DNA from: the human T2T-CHM13v2.0 reference genome, Homo sapiens
Assembly: GCF_009914755.1 (NCBI RefSeq)
Contig: NC_060933.1
DNA length: 64,000 bases
Strand: one strand, 5' to 3'
The position numbers and the translations under genes were made by a program. Positions 15,343 to 33,372 of the stretch are shown here, piece by piece. Position 1 is the stretch's first letter. Each line of letters starts with the position of its first letter. The notes below the pieces were generated by a model, which was given only the letters and a program-made list of their open reading frames with translations, was not told the origin of the DNA and searched no databases.

Positions 15343-17164
15343 AATCTCAAGACCGAGATTCAGAATTTGGTACTGTAGATTTAGGTCCTGGATGGATGGA
15401 GAAATGGCAGGTGTTAACTGCACATTCATGGGAATTTTGGGAGGAGGAGAAAGAGGAACTTTGAGATACTCATGTTTACTCAATGCACACATGTCACCCT
15501 AATTGTTCTTCTGGGCCTAATAGTCTCCAACTCAGTTTCAGGTCTCAAGACACTATGGTCACTGAAAGAGGTGAAATGGTTGATTACTGTCCTGTGAATT
15601 TTGTCAACCACTTGTAGAAAGGCTTAACCTCTCTATGAGTGGTTGTAGAGGACTATAGATGTGAAACAGGCAGAGACACAAGACTGCCTGCATACTCTGG
15701 GGGCAGTGTGCACTTTGAAGCACAACTGACTGGGTTGACTGGAAGCCTGAGGGGGAAAGCTTTCTCTAAAGTGAAGCTTGGTGGGCAATTTATACATATA
15801 TACAATGTCTGGTAATTGTGAACAGTGTTTGAGAAATATAATTAAAAGGAAAATTATCTCCAATCCTAGAAAAACCCCACAATAACAGAACAGAAAGAAA
15901 AGTGTTTTATTGCACAATAAAACCAGAATGTTATGTGACATGAATCACAGACAATCTGCTCAAGAGATTGCAAAGACAGAAAGGTCTCCATAATTAGTCC
16001 TCAAGTGGAAGATTTCATGGCATCATTTGTCATACACAGTTTATCCTAAGTTCACCTGGTAATTGGGGAGGCCATCTGTGTATGTTAATTAGTTTTATTG
16101 AAAGGAAAAATAAACTTCTCACATCTTCACGATAGGAGGTAGTTTTGCAACTTACAGCCAGGTGCCTGCTGAAAGTAGGCTCTGGTTCTTTTACAGACAC
16201 TGTGAGATAGGATACTATTCTTTTGGCTATTTACATTTCAAAGCAAAGGGTCCCTACTCCCTAGGCCATGGGCTGCAGCAATCCTGCTTGCCCTGTCCTG
16301 GTGGCCTGTGTCCCATCTCTTCCCCTTCCATCTACCATTGAGGCACAGCTCACAGCACACAGCTGGCAGCCCACATTCCACATGGACTCCAACCACCACA
16401 GCTGCACTCCAGTGTCACATTATGGAGCAGGGTCCCTGAACTGCAGGAGGAGAACCTGCAGGACTCCTGGGTAGGATTGCACTTTTGCAATAATGGAAAT
16501 GGGAGCAATGTTTCAGCTACGTTTCTATTTATGATGGTGACAAAAAAATGCTGCTGGATTCCCAGCATGGGTCTGGATAGAGTGCAAAAGAGTTCTCATT
16601 GTGACAGCCCAACTCACTCAGAAACACCATGAGACACTTTTGGGTGTCCCTTCTGAAGACAGACACCGAAAGCATTGAAGAGAAAAACAGCCCTCAGTCT
16701 GAATAAAATTGTATTAAGAGGTTAAAAGCATCTGAAAGAAAAATTCAGATTACATATAATATTAGCCAAGTCGACCAGAAAATACTCACTCCCCTGAGAC
16801 AGTTTCTCTCTAAACACCCAAAATGCACAGCCGCTCTCAACACAAGAAACACAGTGTTATGATGAAAGGGGGCATATTCTCAGCAGAATTTCTTAAGATT
16901 TTTCTTCCATATCTGCTGCTCTCTCATCTGCTGGCCATTGGATTGAGGATCTACACTGGAACACATCAGGCAACCTTCACCAGCACTTTTTGATAAAGAA
17001 TTGGAATTTGACTCTGTTTACATAGTAGAACTATATCTGAGATTGCAACATATCTAACTGAAGACTATTATGATTCATGATTTTTGGGTAGTCACGTCAC
17101 TTGCATTGATTTGTTCTGTAAGAGTGGCATTCCTAATTTAGTAAAACATAAGAATAGACTGTAA

Positions 17165-17463
17165 GGCAGGACGCGGTGGCTCACACCTGTAATCCCAGCA
17201 CCTTAGGAGGCTGAGGCAGGTGGATCACCTAGGTCGAGAGTTGAAGACCAGCCTGGCCAACAGGGTGAAACCCCGTCTCTACTAAAATACAAAAACTAGC
17301 CAGGCGTGGTGGCAGACAACTGTAATCCCAGCTACTTAGGGGTTAAGACAAGAGAATCGCTTGAACCCAGGAGGTAGAGGTTGCAGTGAGCTGAGATCAC
17401 GCCACTGCACTCTAGCCTGGGTGACAGAGCCAGACTCCATCTCAAAAACAACAACAACAAAAA
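17165..17463 (+). mobile_element. AluS
   Basis: Dimeric Alu, (CAA)n tail, degenerate TSD AATAGACTGTAA / GATAGAATGTAA. Confidence 0.92.
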
Positions 17464-17500
17464 GATAGAATGTAAAATTTTTCTAACCTACTACTCTATC

Positions 17501-17807
<307 letters not shown>

Positions 17808-18143
17808 TGACCTATTATTATATCTATGGGATGAATTAATAAGCATGTCAGATTAATATCTACTGTAACAATTAGTAAATTTTCTTTGGATATTAGATAT
17901 AAATATCTAAGTATAAATAATCTTAATATACTAGTAATGACATACATTTTTAAAATTATCTGTAACGTTCACTCAGTTATAATACTTTATATTTCAAAAG
18001 AATAAATAACGATATTAAAATTACTATTTAAGGGATTTATTCATAGTAAATATTGTGGCCTTATATTCACATGATTGTAGAAAATACTGTTTAATTTACA
18101 TGGATGAATGTTGTCTACTGAAGACTACATAAAACTATGTTAA

Positions 18144-18326
18144 TTCTTTTTTTATTTTTTATTTTTTTTAATTTATTATTATACTTTAAGTTTTAGGGTA
18201 CATGTGCAAAATGTGCAGGTTTGTTACATATGTATACATGTGCCATGTTGGTGTGCTGCACCCATTAATTTGTCATTTAGCATTAGGTATATCTCCTAAT
18301 GCTCTCCCTCCCCCATCCCCCCACAC
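18144..18326 (-). mobile_element. L1PA3/4 3'-end stub with poly-A tail
   Basis: TTATTATTATACTTTAAGTTTTAGGGTACATGTGC...GTGCTGCACCCATTAA...TTTAGCATTAGGTATATCTCCTAATGCT. Confidence 0.93.
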
Positions 18327-18394
18327 TGACCTCACATAGGATTCCAGAACACTGCTGGGTTCTGAGTGTTTGTCCCTCACATAGGATTCCAGAA
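18327..18394 (-). repeat. CER satellite, about 1.5 monomers in inverted orientation
   Basis: CCTCACATAGGATTCCAGAACACTGCTGGGTTCTGAGTGTTTGTCCCTCACATAGGATTCCAGAAC is the reverse complement of the main array unit. Confidence 0.9.
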
Positions 18395-21300
18395 CTGTTC
18401 TGTAGTCCTTTGTAAGGGATAAACATTCAGACCCTCGTAGCAGTGTTCCAGAATCCTATATGAGGGACAAAAACTCAGAACCCAGGAGCAGTGTTCTGGA
18501 ATCCTCTGTGAGGGACAAACACTCAGAACACAACAGCAGTGTTCTGAAACCTTATGTGAGGGACAAACACTCAGAACCCAGCAGCAGTGTTCTGGAATCC
18601 TATGTGATGGACAAATACCCAGAACCCATCCACTGTCTTCTGGAATCCTATCTGAGGGACAAACATTCAGACACTTGCAGAAGTGTTCTGGAATCCTATG
18701 TGAGGGACAAACAGTCAGCAACCAGGAGCAGTGCTCTGAAATCCTTTGTAAGGGACAAACAAACAGAATCCAGTAGCAGGGTTCTGGAATCCTTTCTGAG
18801 GGAAAAACATTCAGACCCTCTTAGCAGTGTTCTGGAATCCTATGTGCGGGACATTCAGACCCTCGTAGCAGTGTTCTGGAAACCAATGTGAGTGCCAAAC
18901 ACTCAGAACCCAGCAGCAGTGTTGTGGAATACTTGGTAAGGAACAAACATTCAGACAATCGTAGCATTGTTCTGGAATCCTAAGTGAGGGACAAACACTC
19001 AGAAATGAGCTGCAGAGTTCTAGAATTCTATGTAAGGGACAAACCCTCAGTACCGAGTGGCAGTGTTCTGGAATTCTATGTGAGGGACAAACACTCAGAA
19101 CAAAGCAGCAGTGTTCTGGAATCCTCTGTGAAAGACAAACACTCAGATCCCAGCAGCAGTGTTCTGATACCCTATGTGAGGGACAAACACTCAGAACCCA
19201 GCCACTGTGTTCTGAAATCCTATCTGAAGGACAAACATTCGGAGCCTCGTAGAATTGTCCTGGAATCCTATGTGAGGGACAAACACTCAGAAACCTATAG
19301 CAGTGTTCTGGAATCCTTTGTGATGGACAAACAAACAGAGCCCAGCAGCCGTGTACTGGAATCCTATTTGACAGACAAACACTCAGAACTCAGAAGCAGT
19401 GTTCTGGAATCGTATGTGAGGGACAAACACTTTGAATCTAGCAGTTATGTACTGGAATCCCATGTGAGGGACAAACACTCAGAACCCATCAGCAGTGTTC
19501 TGGAATCCTATGTGAGTGACAAACACTAAGAAGCCAGCAGCAGTGTTCTAGAATCCTTTGTGAGGGACAAACATTCAGACCATCGAAGCAGTGTTCTGGA
19601 ATCCTGTGTGAGGGACAAACACTCAGATCCAGCAACAGTCTTCTAAAATCCTTTGTGATGGACAAAAATTCAGACCGTCGTAGCCGTTTTCTGGAATCCA
19701 AGGTGAGGGACAAACACTCAGAACCCAGCAGCAGTGTTCTGGAATCCTATGTGAGGGACAAACACTCAGATCCAGCAGCAGTGTTCTGGAATACTCTGTG
19801 AGGGAAAAACATTCAGACACTCTTAGCAATGTTCTGGAATCCTATGTGAGGGAAAAACATTCAGATACTCATAGCATTGTTCTGGAATTCTATATGAGGG
19901 GCAAACACTCAGAACCCAGCAAAAGTGTTCTGGAGTCCTTTGTGAGGGAAAAACATTCAGACCCTCGAAGCAGTGTTCTGGAATCCTATGTGAGGGACAA
20001 ACAATCAGAACCCAGAAGCAGTTTTCTGGAATCCTATGTGAGGGAGAAACACTTAGAACCCAGCAGCAGTGTTCTGGAATCCCGTGTGAGTGTCAAACAT
20101 TCAGAACCCAGCAGCATTGTTCTGGAATCCTATTTGAGTGACAAACATTCAGAATTTCGTACCTGTGTTCTGGAATGCTATGTGAGGGACAAACACTCAG
20201 AACCGAGCAGCAGTGCTCTGGAATCCTATGTGAGGGTCAAACACTAAGAACCCAGCAGCAGTGTTCTGGAATCCTTTGTGAGGGACAAACATTCAGAACC
20301 TTGTAGCAGTGTTCTGGAATTTTATGTGAGGGAAAACACTCTGAACCCAGCAGGAGTGTTTTCAAATCCCATGTGAGGGACAAACACACAGAACCCTGCA
20401 GCAGTGCTCTGGAATACTTTGTGAGGGACAAACATTGAGACTCTCAAAGCAGTTTTCTGGAATCCATTGTGAGGGACAGTCAGAACCCATAGCAGTGTTA
20501 TGAATCCTTTGTGACGGACAAACATTCAGACCATTGTAGCAGTGTTCTGGAATCCTATGTGAGGGAAAAACATTCAGACCGTCGTAGCATTGTTCTGGAA
20601 TTCTATATATGGGACAAACACTCAGAACTCAGCAGCAGTGCTCTGGAACCCTATGTGAGGGGAAAACACTCAGAACCCAGCAGGATTGTTCTGGAATGCT
20701 ATGTGTGGGACAAACACTCAGAACCCAGCAGCAGAGTTCTGGAATCCTATGTGAGGGACAAACACTCAGAACACAGCAGCTGTGTTCTGGAATCCTTTGT
20801 GACGGACAAAGTTTCAGAACCTCACAGCAGTGTTCTGGAATCCTATGTGAGGGACAAACACTTAGAACCCAGCAGCAGTGTTCTAGAATCCTTTGAGAGG
20901 GAAAAACATTCAGACTCTTGAAGCAGTGTTCTGGAATCCTATGTGATGGACAAACACTCAGAACCCAGGAGCAATATTCCGGAGTCCTTTGTGATGGACA
21001 AGCATTCCGACCCTCGTAGCAGTGTTCTGCAATCCTATGTGAGGGACAAACACTCAGAAGCCAGCAGCTGTGTTCTGGAATCCCATGTGAGGGATAAACT
21101 CTCAGAACCCAGCAGCAGTGTTCTGTAATCCTATATGAGTGAGAAACACTCAGAACCCTGCAGCAGTTTTGTAGATTCCACTGTGAGATACAAACATTCA
21201 GACCCTCGTAGAAGTGTTCTGGAATCCTATGTGAGGGAAAAACTCTCAGAAACCTGCAGCAGTGCACTGGAGTCCCTTGTGAGGGACAAACAAACACAAC

Positions 21301-22458
21301 TGAGCAGCAGTGTTCTGGAATCCTTTGAGAGGCAAAAATATTCAGACCCTCATAGCAGTGTTCTGGAATCCTACGTGAGGGACAAACACTCAGAACCCAG
21401 CAGCAGTATTCTGGAATCCTATGTGGGGGGCAAACACAACCCAGCCACAGTGTTCTGGAATCCTCTGTGAGCGACAAACGTTCAGAAATTTGTAGCAGTG
21501 TTCTGAAATTCTATATGAGGGACAAACACTCAGAACCCAGCCACTGTGTTCTGGAATCCTATGTGAGGGACAATCATACAGACCCTCGTAGATGTGTTCT
21601 GTAATCTTATCTGAGGGACAAACATTCAGACCTTAGTATCAGTGTTCTGGAATCCTATGTGAGGGACAAACGCTCATAACCCAGCAGCACTGTTCTGGAA
21701 TCCTATGTGAGGGACAAACACTCAGAACCCAGCAGCAGTACTCTGGAATAATTTGTGAGGGACAAACATTCAGACAATCATAGCAGTGTTCTGGAATCCT
21801 ATGTGAGGGACAAACACTCAGAATGCAGCAGCAGTGTTCTGGAATCCTATGTGAGGGACAAACACTTAGAACCCAGCAGCACTGTTCTGGAATCCTATGT
21901 GAGGGACAAACACTCGGAAAGCCACAGCAGTGTTCTGGAATCCTATGTGAGGGTCAAACACTCAGAAACCTGCAGCAGTGCTCTGGATTCCTTTGTGAGG
22001 GACAAACAAACAGAACCCAGCAACAGAGTTCTGGAATCCTATGTGAGGGACAAACACTCAGAACCCAGCAGCAGCATTCTGGAAACCTTTGTGAGGGACA
22101 AACATTCAGATCCTCATAGCAGTGTTCTGGAATCCTATGTGAGAGACAAACACTAAGAAAGCTGCAGCAGCAGTGTTCTAGAATCCTATGTGAGGGACAA
22201 ACACTCAGAGCCCAGCAGCAGTGTTCTGGAATCCTATGTGAGGGACAAACACTCAGAACCCAGCAGCAGTGTTCTGGAATCCTTTGTGAGGGACAAACAT
22301 TCAGAACCTCGTAGCAGTGTTCTGGAATCATATGTGAGGGATAACACTCTGAACCCAGCAGGACTGTTTTCGAATCCCATGTGAGGGACAATCACTTAGG
22401 ACCCTGCAGCAGTGTTCTGGAATCCTATGTTAGTGACAAACTCTCAGAACCAGAAGCA
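18395..22458 (+). repeat. CER (48-bp centromeric repeat, D22Z3-type) satellite array, about 85 monomers
   Basis: Tandem unit GAGGGACAAACACTCAGAACCCAGCAGCAGTGTTCTGGAATCCTATGT (48 bp), with a variant monomer CATTCAGACCCTCGTAGC. Confidence 0.93.
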
Positions 22459-23503
22459 GAGGGAAAAGAAACTACCAAGGTTAGCCAAGATGACCAAATA
22501 GGAACAGCTCCGGTCTACAGCTCCAAGCATCAGCAACGCAGAAGATGGGTGATTTCTGCATTTCCATCTCAGGTACCAGGTTCATCTCACTAGGGAGTGC
22601 CAGACAGAGGATGCAGGACAGTGGGTGCAGTGCACAGTGCGTGAGCTGAACCAGGGTGAGGCATTGCCTCACTCGGGAAGCACAAGAGGTCAGGGAGTTC
22701 CCTTTCCTAGTCAAAGAAAGGGGTGAGAGACGGCACCTGGAAAATCGGGTCACTCCCACCCTAATACTGCACTTTTCCAAGGGTCCTAACAAATGGTGCA
22801 CCAGGAGATTATATCCCGCACATGGCTCAGAGGGTGCTACGCCCATGGAGTCTCGCTGATTGCTAGCACAGCAGTCTGAGATCAAACTGCAAGGTGGCAG
22901 AGAGGCTTGGAGAGGGTCGCTTGCCATTGCCCAGGCTTGCATAAGTAAACAAAGCAGCCAGGAACTCGAACTGGGTGGAGCCCACCACAGCTCAAGGAGG
23001 CCTGCCTGCCTCTTTAGGCTCCACCTCTGGGGGCAGGGCACAGACAAACAAAAAGACAGCAGTAACCTCTGCAGACTTAAATGTCCCTGTCTGACAGTTT
23101 TGAAGAGAGCAGTGGTTCTTCCAGCACGCAGCTGGAGACCTGAGAATGGGCAGACTGCCTCCTCAAGTGGGTCCCTGACCCCTGACCCCCAAGCAGCCTA
23201 ACTGGGAGGCAATCCCCAGTACGGGCAGAATGACACCTCACACGGCTGGGTACTCCTCTGAGACAAAACTTCCAGAGGAATGATCAGACAGCAACATTTG
23301 CGGTTCATGAAAATCTGCTGTTCTGCAGCCACTGCTGCTGATACCCAGGCAAACAGGGTCTGCAGTGGACGTCTAGCAAACTCCAACAGACCTGCAGCTG
23401 AGGGTCCTGTCTGTTAGAAGGAAAACTTACAAAGAGAAAGGACATCCACACCAAAAACCCATCTGTACATCATCAAAGACCAAAACTAGATACAACCACA
23501 AAG

Positions 23504-24519
23504 ATGGGGAAAAAACAGAGCAGAAAACCTGGAAATTCTAAAAAGTAGAGCACCTCTCCTCCTAAAAAGGAACACAGTTCCTCACCAGCAATGGAAAAAA
23601 GCTGGGCAGAGAATGACTTTGATGAGTTGAGAGAAAAAGGCTTCAGACGATCAAACTGCTCCAAGCTACAGGAGGAAATTCAAACCAAAGGCAAAGAAGT
23701 TAAAAACTTTGAAAAAAATTTAGAAGAATGTATATCTAGAATAACCAATAAAGAGAAGTACTGAAAGGAGCTGATGGAGCTGAAAGCCAAGGCTCGAGAA
23801 CTACATGAAGAATGTGGAAGCCTCAGGAGCCAATGCGATCAACTGGAAGAAAGGGTATAAGTGATGGAAGAAGAAATGAATGAAATGAAGTGAGAAGGGA
23901 AGTTTAGAGAAAAAATAATAAAATGAAATGAACAAACCTCCAAGAAATATGGGACTATGTGAAAAGACCAACTCTCCATCTGATGGGTGTACCTGAAAGT
24001 GATGGGGAGAATGGAACCAAGTTGGAAAACACTCTGCAGGATATTATCCAGGAGAACTTCCCCAATCTAGCAAGGCAGGCCAACATTCAGATTCAGGAAA
24101 TACAGACAACACCACAAAGATACTCCTCAAGAAGAGCAACTCCAAGACACATAATTGTCAGATTCACCAAAGTTGAAAGGAAGGAAAAAATGTTAAGGGC
24201 AGCCAGAGAGAAAGGTCGGATTACCCACAAAGGGAAGACCATCAGACTAACAGCAGATCTCTTGGCAGAAACTCTAGAAGCCAGAAGAGAGTGGGGGCCA
24301 ATATTCAACATTCTTAAAGAAAAGAATTTTCAGCCCAGAATTTCATATCCAGCCAAACTAAGCTTCATAAGTGAAGGAGAAATAAAATCCTTTACAGACA
24401 AGCAAATGCTGAGAGATTTTGTCACCACCAGGCCTGCCCTAAAAGAGCTCCTGAAGGAAGTACTAAACATGGAAAGGAACAACCGGTATCAGCCTCTGCA
24501 AAATCATGCCAAAATGTAA
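23504..24519 (+). pseudogene. L1 ORF1p (RNA-binding chaperone), disrupted
   Basis: ATGGGGAAAAAACAGAGC start; early in-frame TAG near 23546; open C-terminal part ...RPALKELLKEVLNMERNNRYQPLQNHAKM (ORF 23959-24519). Confidence 0.93.
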
Positions 24520-24582
24520 AGATCATCGAGACTAGGAAGAAACTGCATCAACTAACGAGCAAAATAACCAGCTAGCATCATA

Positions 24583-28364
<3,782 letters not shown>

Positions 28365-28599
28365 ACAATGAGAACACATGGACACAGGAAGGGGAACATC
28401 ACACTTCGGGGACTGTTGTGTGGTGGGGGGAGGGGGAGGGATAACATTAGGAGATATTCCTAATGCTAAATGACGAGTTAATGGGTGCAGCACACCAACA
28501 TGGCACATGAATACTTACGTTACAAACCTGCACATTGTGCACATGTATCCTAAAACTTTAAGTATAATAATAAAATAAAATAAAATAAAAAAGCAAAAT

Positions 28600-30880
28600 A
28601 TACACTAATACAGATTAACCAACTAAAAAAAAGTAGAGAAAGGTCATTTAAAAAATATAAAGCATACAGTAATAATCTAACACGTTGAAATCTAAGAAGG
28701 AGAAAACAGCTGGTCTGAACAGCATTTTAAGTGGCAATGTTAGAGGTTTTATCAAAATTGACCAATAATATTAAACCACAGGTTCAGGAGGCTTTGCAAA
28801 CCAAAAGAAAACACACACAGAGGACACACCTAGAAACATAATGGGACAATTTCTGAAAAGTAAAAGAAAAATGTCAAGAGCACTTGATAAAAAAATTGGG
28901 CTAACTATAAACAGAAAGAGTTGACTGATAACAACCGTGTCAAATGAAACAATGAAAGCCAACAAGTGAGGTATTGATACCTTTCAAGTCCTGAAATAAA
29001 ATAAGTGCCGACCTAGAACTGTCTACTTGGTGGACATGTCCATCAAAAACAAAGATACAATAAAGAATTTCTCCCAAGCAGACCCACAGGAAAGGAAATA
29101 GTAAAGATTATTCTTCAGGTAGAAGAGCCATGATCCCTGATGAAAGTTTGCAGTTAGAAGAACGCTTTTTTTTTAATGAAAGAAGTAAACACAGAGAGAA
29201 ATTTAATTGGATATCGACGGTATAACAGAATGCTATCTCATAAAGTTTAAAATGTATCTTCCATACAACAGCAGAAGCATGTAAGTTGTGAGTTGGATAA
29301 ATTAATTTAAAAATATTGTCAAGTTTTTTTGCAAATAGATAAACGTACCAATTATATTAGACCCTGAATTCGAGAATGCACGTTATAATAAACCAGTTAA
29401 AACATACTCAGACCAGATTTTTCAATGGACTCTCTTAAAGTTTTTATAATTTATATTTATATTTCACATATGTTGAAACTAAATAATGGAAAAGCATGCA
29501 ATGCAAATATTAACCAAAATATAGCTTTAGTTGTACTTATATTCACATTTTAAAAGTTGGACACAGTTAAGTCTCAGTGATTTTTTTACACAACGGAAGC
29601 AAGCTGTGCAGTTATAACTAACTAGTATTATATTATGCTCTTGGCCTGATTACAGAAGGGAAAGGGGCGATCATACCAGACAATGGCAGAATGAAGCAAC
29701 AAGGAGTAGAGTTACAGAACATGATACTGTAACTGGGACTGGAGGTACTCTTTTAGAGTTAAAGAATAGTAAACTGGACAAAATATATGAAACTTTTTTT
29801 GAAGTACTGAACATCAGGCAGCACAGTACTGTGCTCCGCAAGAGAAGAGAAGGAGCCAGAATGAGTCCTGCTTTATTCCCAGGTTCTCCGTGACAGCAGT
29901 AGAGAGGAATCCCAGAGAGAGCAGACATTGTCATTGCACTGAGGAACCAGATAAAAATCAAAAAAGGTTAAGCAGCTGGAATGTGTAGTAGAAGAGAACG
30001 TTTACAGAAAAAGGAACCAATAATCAGCCTAAGGTTTCTCCCAAGTCCCTAAGTCAAAGGTACATAGGATGAAATTCTAAGGAGCTCAGCAAAAGACTCT
30101 ACCACGGAGTTGGAAGAACACTTCCCTGGCATCACATGAAAGGAAGACATGTTAGCTCTGACCAGCCAGAGATGGGAATCCCCTCTGTACCTCCAGGATA
30201 TTCAGTAAAGACCACTGGAGGTTCATGCCCCAGTGACAGTGCTCATTTAGCTCCAAATTACAGATGGCTCTAGACTAACTCCACAAAGTTTAAAGAGAAG
30301 ATTTAAAACAACAACAGAAAAATACTCATCCTGAAGTTACTGAACTGCCTGCCACAACATTGTTCAAAGGTAGCCAATAAAATCTAGATATTCAATAGCA
30401 TAACATCAAAATACCCCCCCCCAAAAAAAACTCTGACATGCAAAGAAGCCGGAAGATATATATTATTAAGATATATATTAACAGGATAAAAATAAGTCGT
30501 TTATAAATGACAGAGAAGAAGGAATTTTCAAGGCCCTTAAAGTAAATATATTTTATAAATACATATAGATAAATACATATATATGTCAAAGTACTTAAAT
30601 GAAAATTGATCATAGGAGAAAAATAGAAGTTATAAAATGAAAAATGTGACATGTATAGATGAAAAATAAACATTTGAAATAAAAATTCCATGAGATAGAA
30701 TAAGTTATGGATTTTACCCTAACATCAGAAAATTTATAGAAAAAAATAGAAGCTTTCCAAACTAAAGGACAAAGGGTAAACTAAAATAAGAAAGCCAGAA
30801 ACTCACTGATACGTGAGACAATATGCAGCAGTGTAACATACATGTAATTAATATCTCAAAAAGGATGGGTGGGGGAATTA
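28600..30880 (+). mobile_element. Highly diverged ancient L1 (L1M) fragments
   Basis: A-rich L1 ORF1/ORF2-like remnants, e.g. GACACACCTAGAAACATAAT and GAAACAATGAAAGCCAACAAG. Confidence 0.45.
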
Positions 30881-30899
30881 TAGTTGAATAAAGAATGGT

Positions 30900-31078
30900 A
30901 CACTCATTCCTGAGGGCACCGAGGAGGGAGGATAGCTTGAGATTCCTAAGGGAGGGTATTATCCATTCATGAAAGTCCATCCCCATGACACAACACCTCC
31001 CAGTAAGCCCCACTTCCAACATTGGGGATCAAATTTTAACGTGAGATTTGGAAGGGGCAATCATTCAAACCATAGCAA
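30900..31078 (-). mobile_element. MST MaLR LTR fragment
   Basis: CCCCATGACACAACACCTCCCAGTAAGCCCCACTTCCAACATTGGGGATCAAATTT...CAAACCATAGCA. Confidence 0.75.
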
Positions 31079-32445
31079 GAGTTAAATTTCCTTTTAAAGA
31101 AAATCACTGATATGATTCCATTTCGCCATAGATAAAAACTAGTATTTCAGCCTACCATTGAGTGTACTTATAGCTAACGGAAAGGGCACTCTGTTTCGGG
31201 AATACAGATTTGCCTAGAGGTATCCTATTGCAGTCAAAGAAAGAGCAATGAGGGATAGAAAAGGTTAGTGATGGAGACACCAACGCTGCATTTTACAACA
31301 AACAATGTAAAAACTTTACGGATTGCTTCTTCTAACTTACTACAGTATACATTCCTCTCAGGTGGGAAAATTGTTGAGTTTTTTCTTAAGATAGAAAAGC
31401 AATTCAGACAATCTGAAATCTCCACAAGAAGGATAAGAAGCACAGCAGAAGCTATTCTAGGCAGGAAGTCAATCCATTCAACTGTCTGTGCTCCATAGAA
31501 ACAATTGTCTGCACTGGGAGTCGTACGAGGTACAGACAACAGCCAGACCTCTGATCCTCTCATTAGTGATTTCAGAAGAAATTACCAGTCAGCTGAGTAA
31601 TTCACTGAGTAAACATTTGGCACTGACAGAGGTTAGACGGATAACTATTTGTATCACCATATTCATGAAGCTGGAATATTTTCCATTACTTGTATCATAT
31701 ATGAATGGAAGATGTTAAAAGGCCTCTCATCTTGTAAGATGGATATGAAAGAACACTTTCTGAGAAATGAAATTATTCACACACCAGCGAGGTGGATGGA
31801 AGAGAAAAAAAAGAATAATCAGCTTGAGTTCTTCTCCTTGATAAGACAACTTACTAAAAACATAAAGAGAAAAATACAAGTTTAAAATAATTAACCAGAA
31901 GAAGACGACTCTAGAGTTTTTAAATTGCTGATAAGATTTTAATTTGCTCCAAGTTGAAAATAACTATATTGCTTGTGTTTTAAGGTACATAATGAGCAAT
32001 TATATCACACATGATAGATTCAGCAGTAAAATATTATCTGTTAACAGCTGGAACTCATAAAAGCATAGCACAATGTGAAGATGGAATTTGCTAAAATAAA
32101 CCATCTGCTGGAAAAATACTATTCTGCAAATTTAAAAATAAAGTTTAAATGTTATTTGTCTTATTTAATAGGTCTGTGAAAAAATGCGATATTTGAAAAG
32201 TAGGTGCTACCTTAATTAATTCTTTATACTAGACAGCTGGTTACAGTAATGCACAGTAAGGTGCTACATACAAATATTGCTAAATTTTCTGCATATACTA
32301 TGTATTTAGCTTAAATTATTTGAAATTTTACAGTTAAAGTAACAAATGTATATTTAAATGTTTTGACACAAATTGCAAATATACCTTTAAAAAGCGTCTT
32401 ACACTCTAAATATTATTTTTCACATATATATATGTCTTTTCTCTA

Positions 32446-33372
<927 letters not shown>

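Noticed and set aside
18377-22458. CRISPR-like array or repeat-protein gene
   Set aside because: Continuous 48-bp tandem units with no unique spacers, in primate DNA; this is CER satellite, and the ORFs break at scattered stops and indels.
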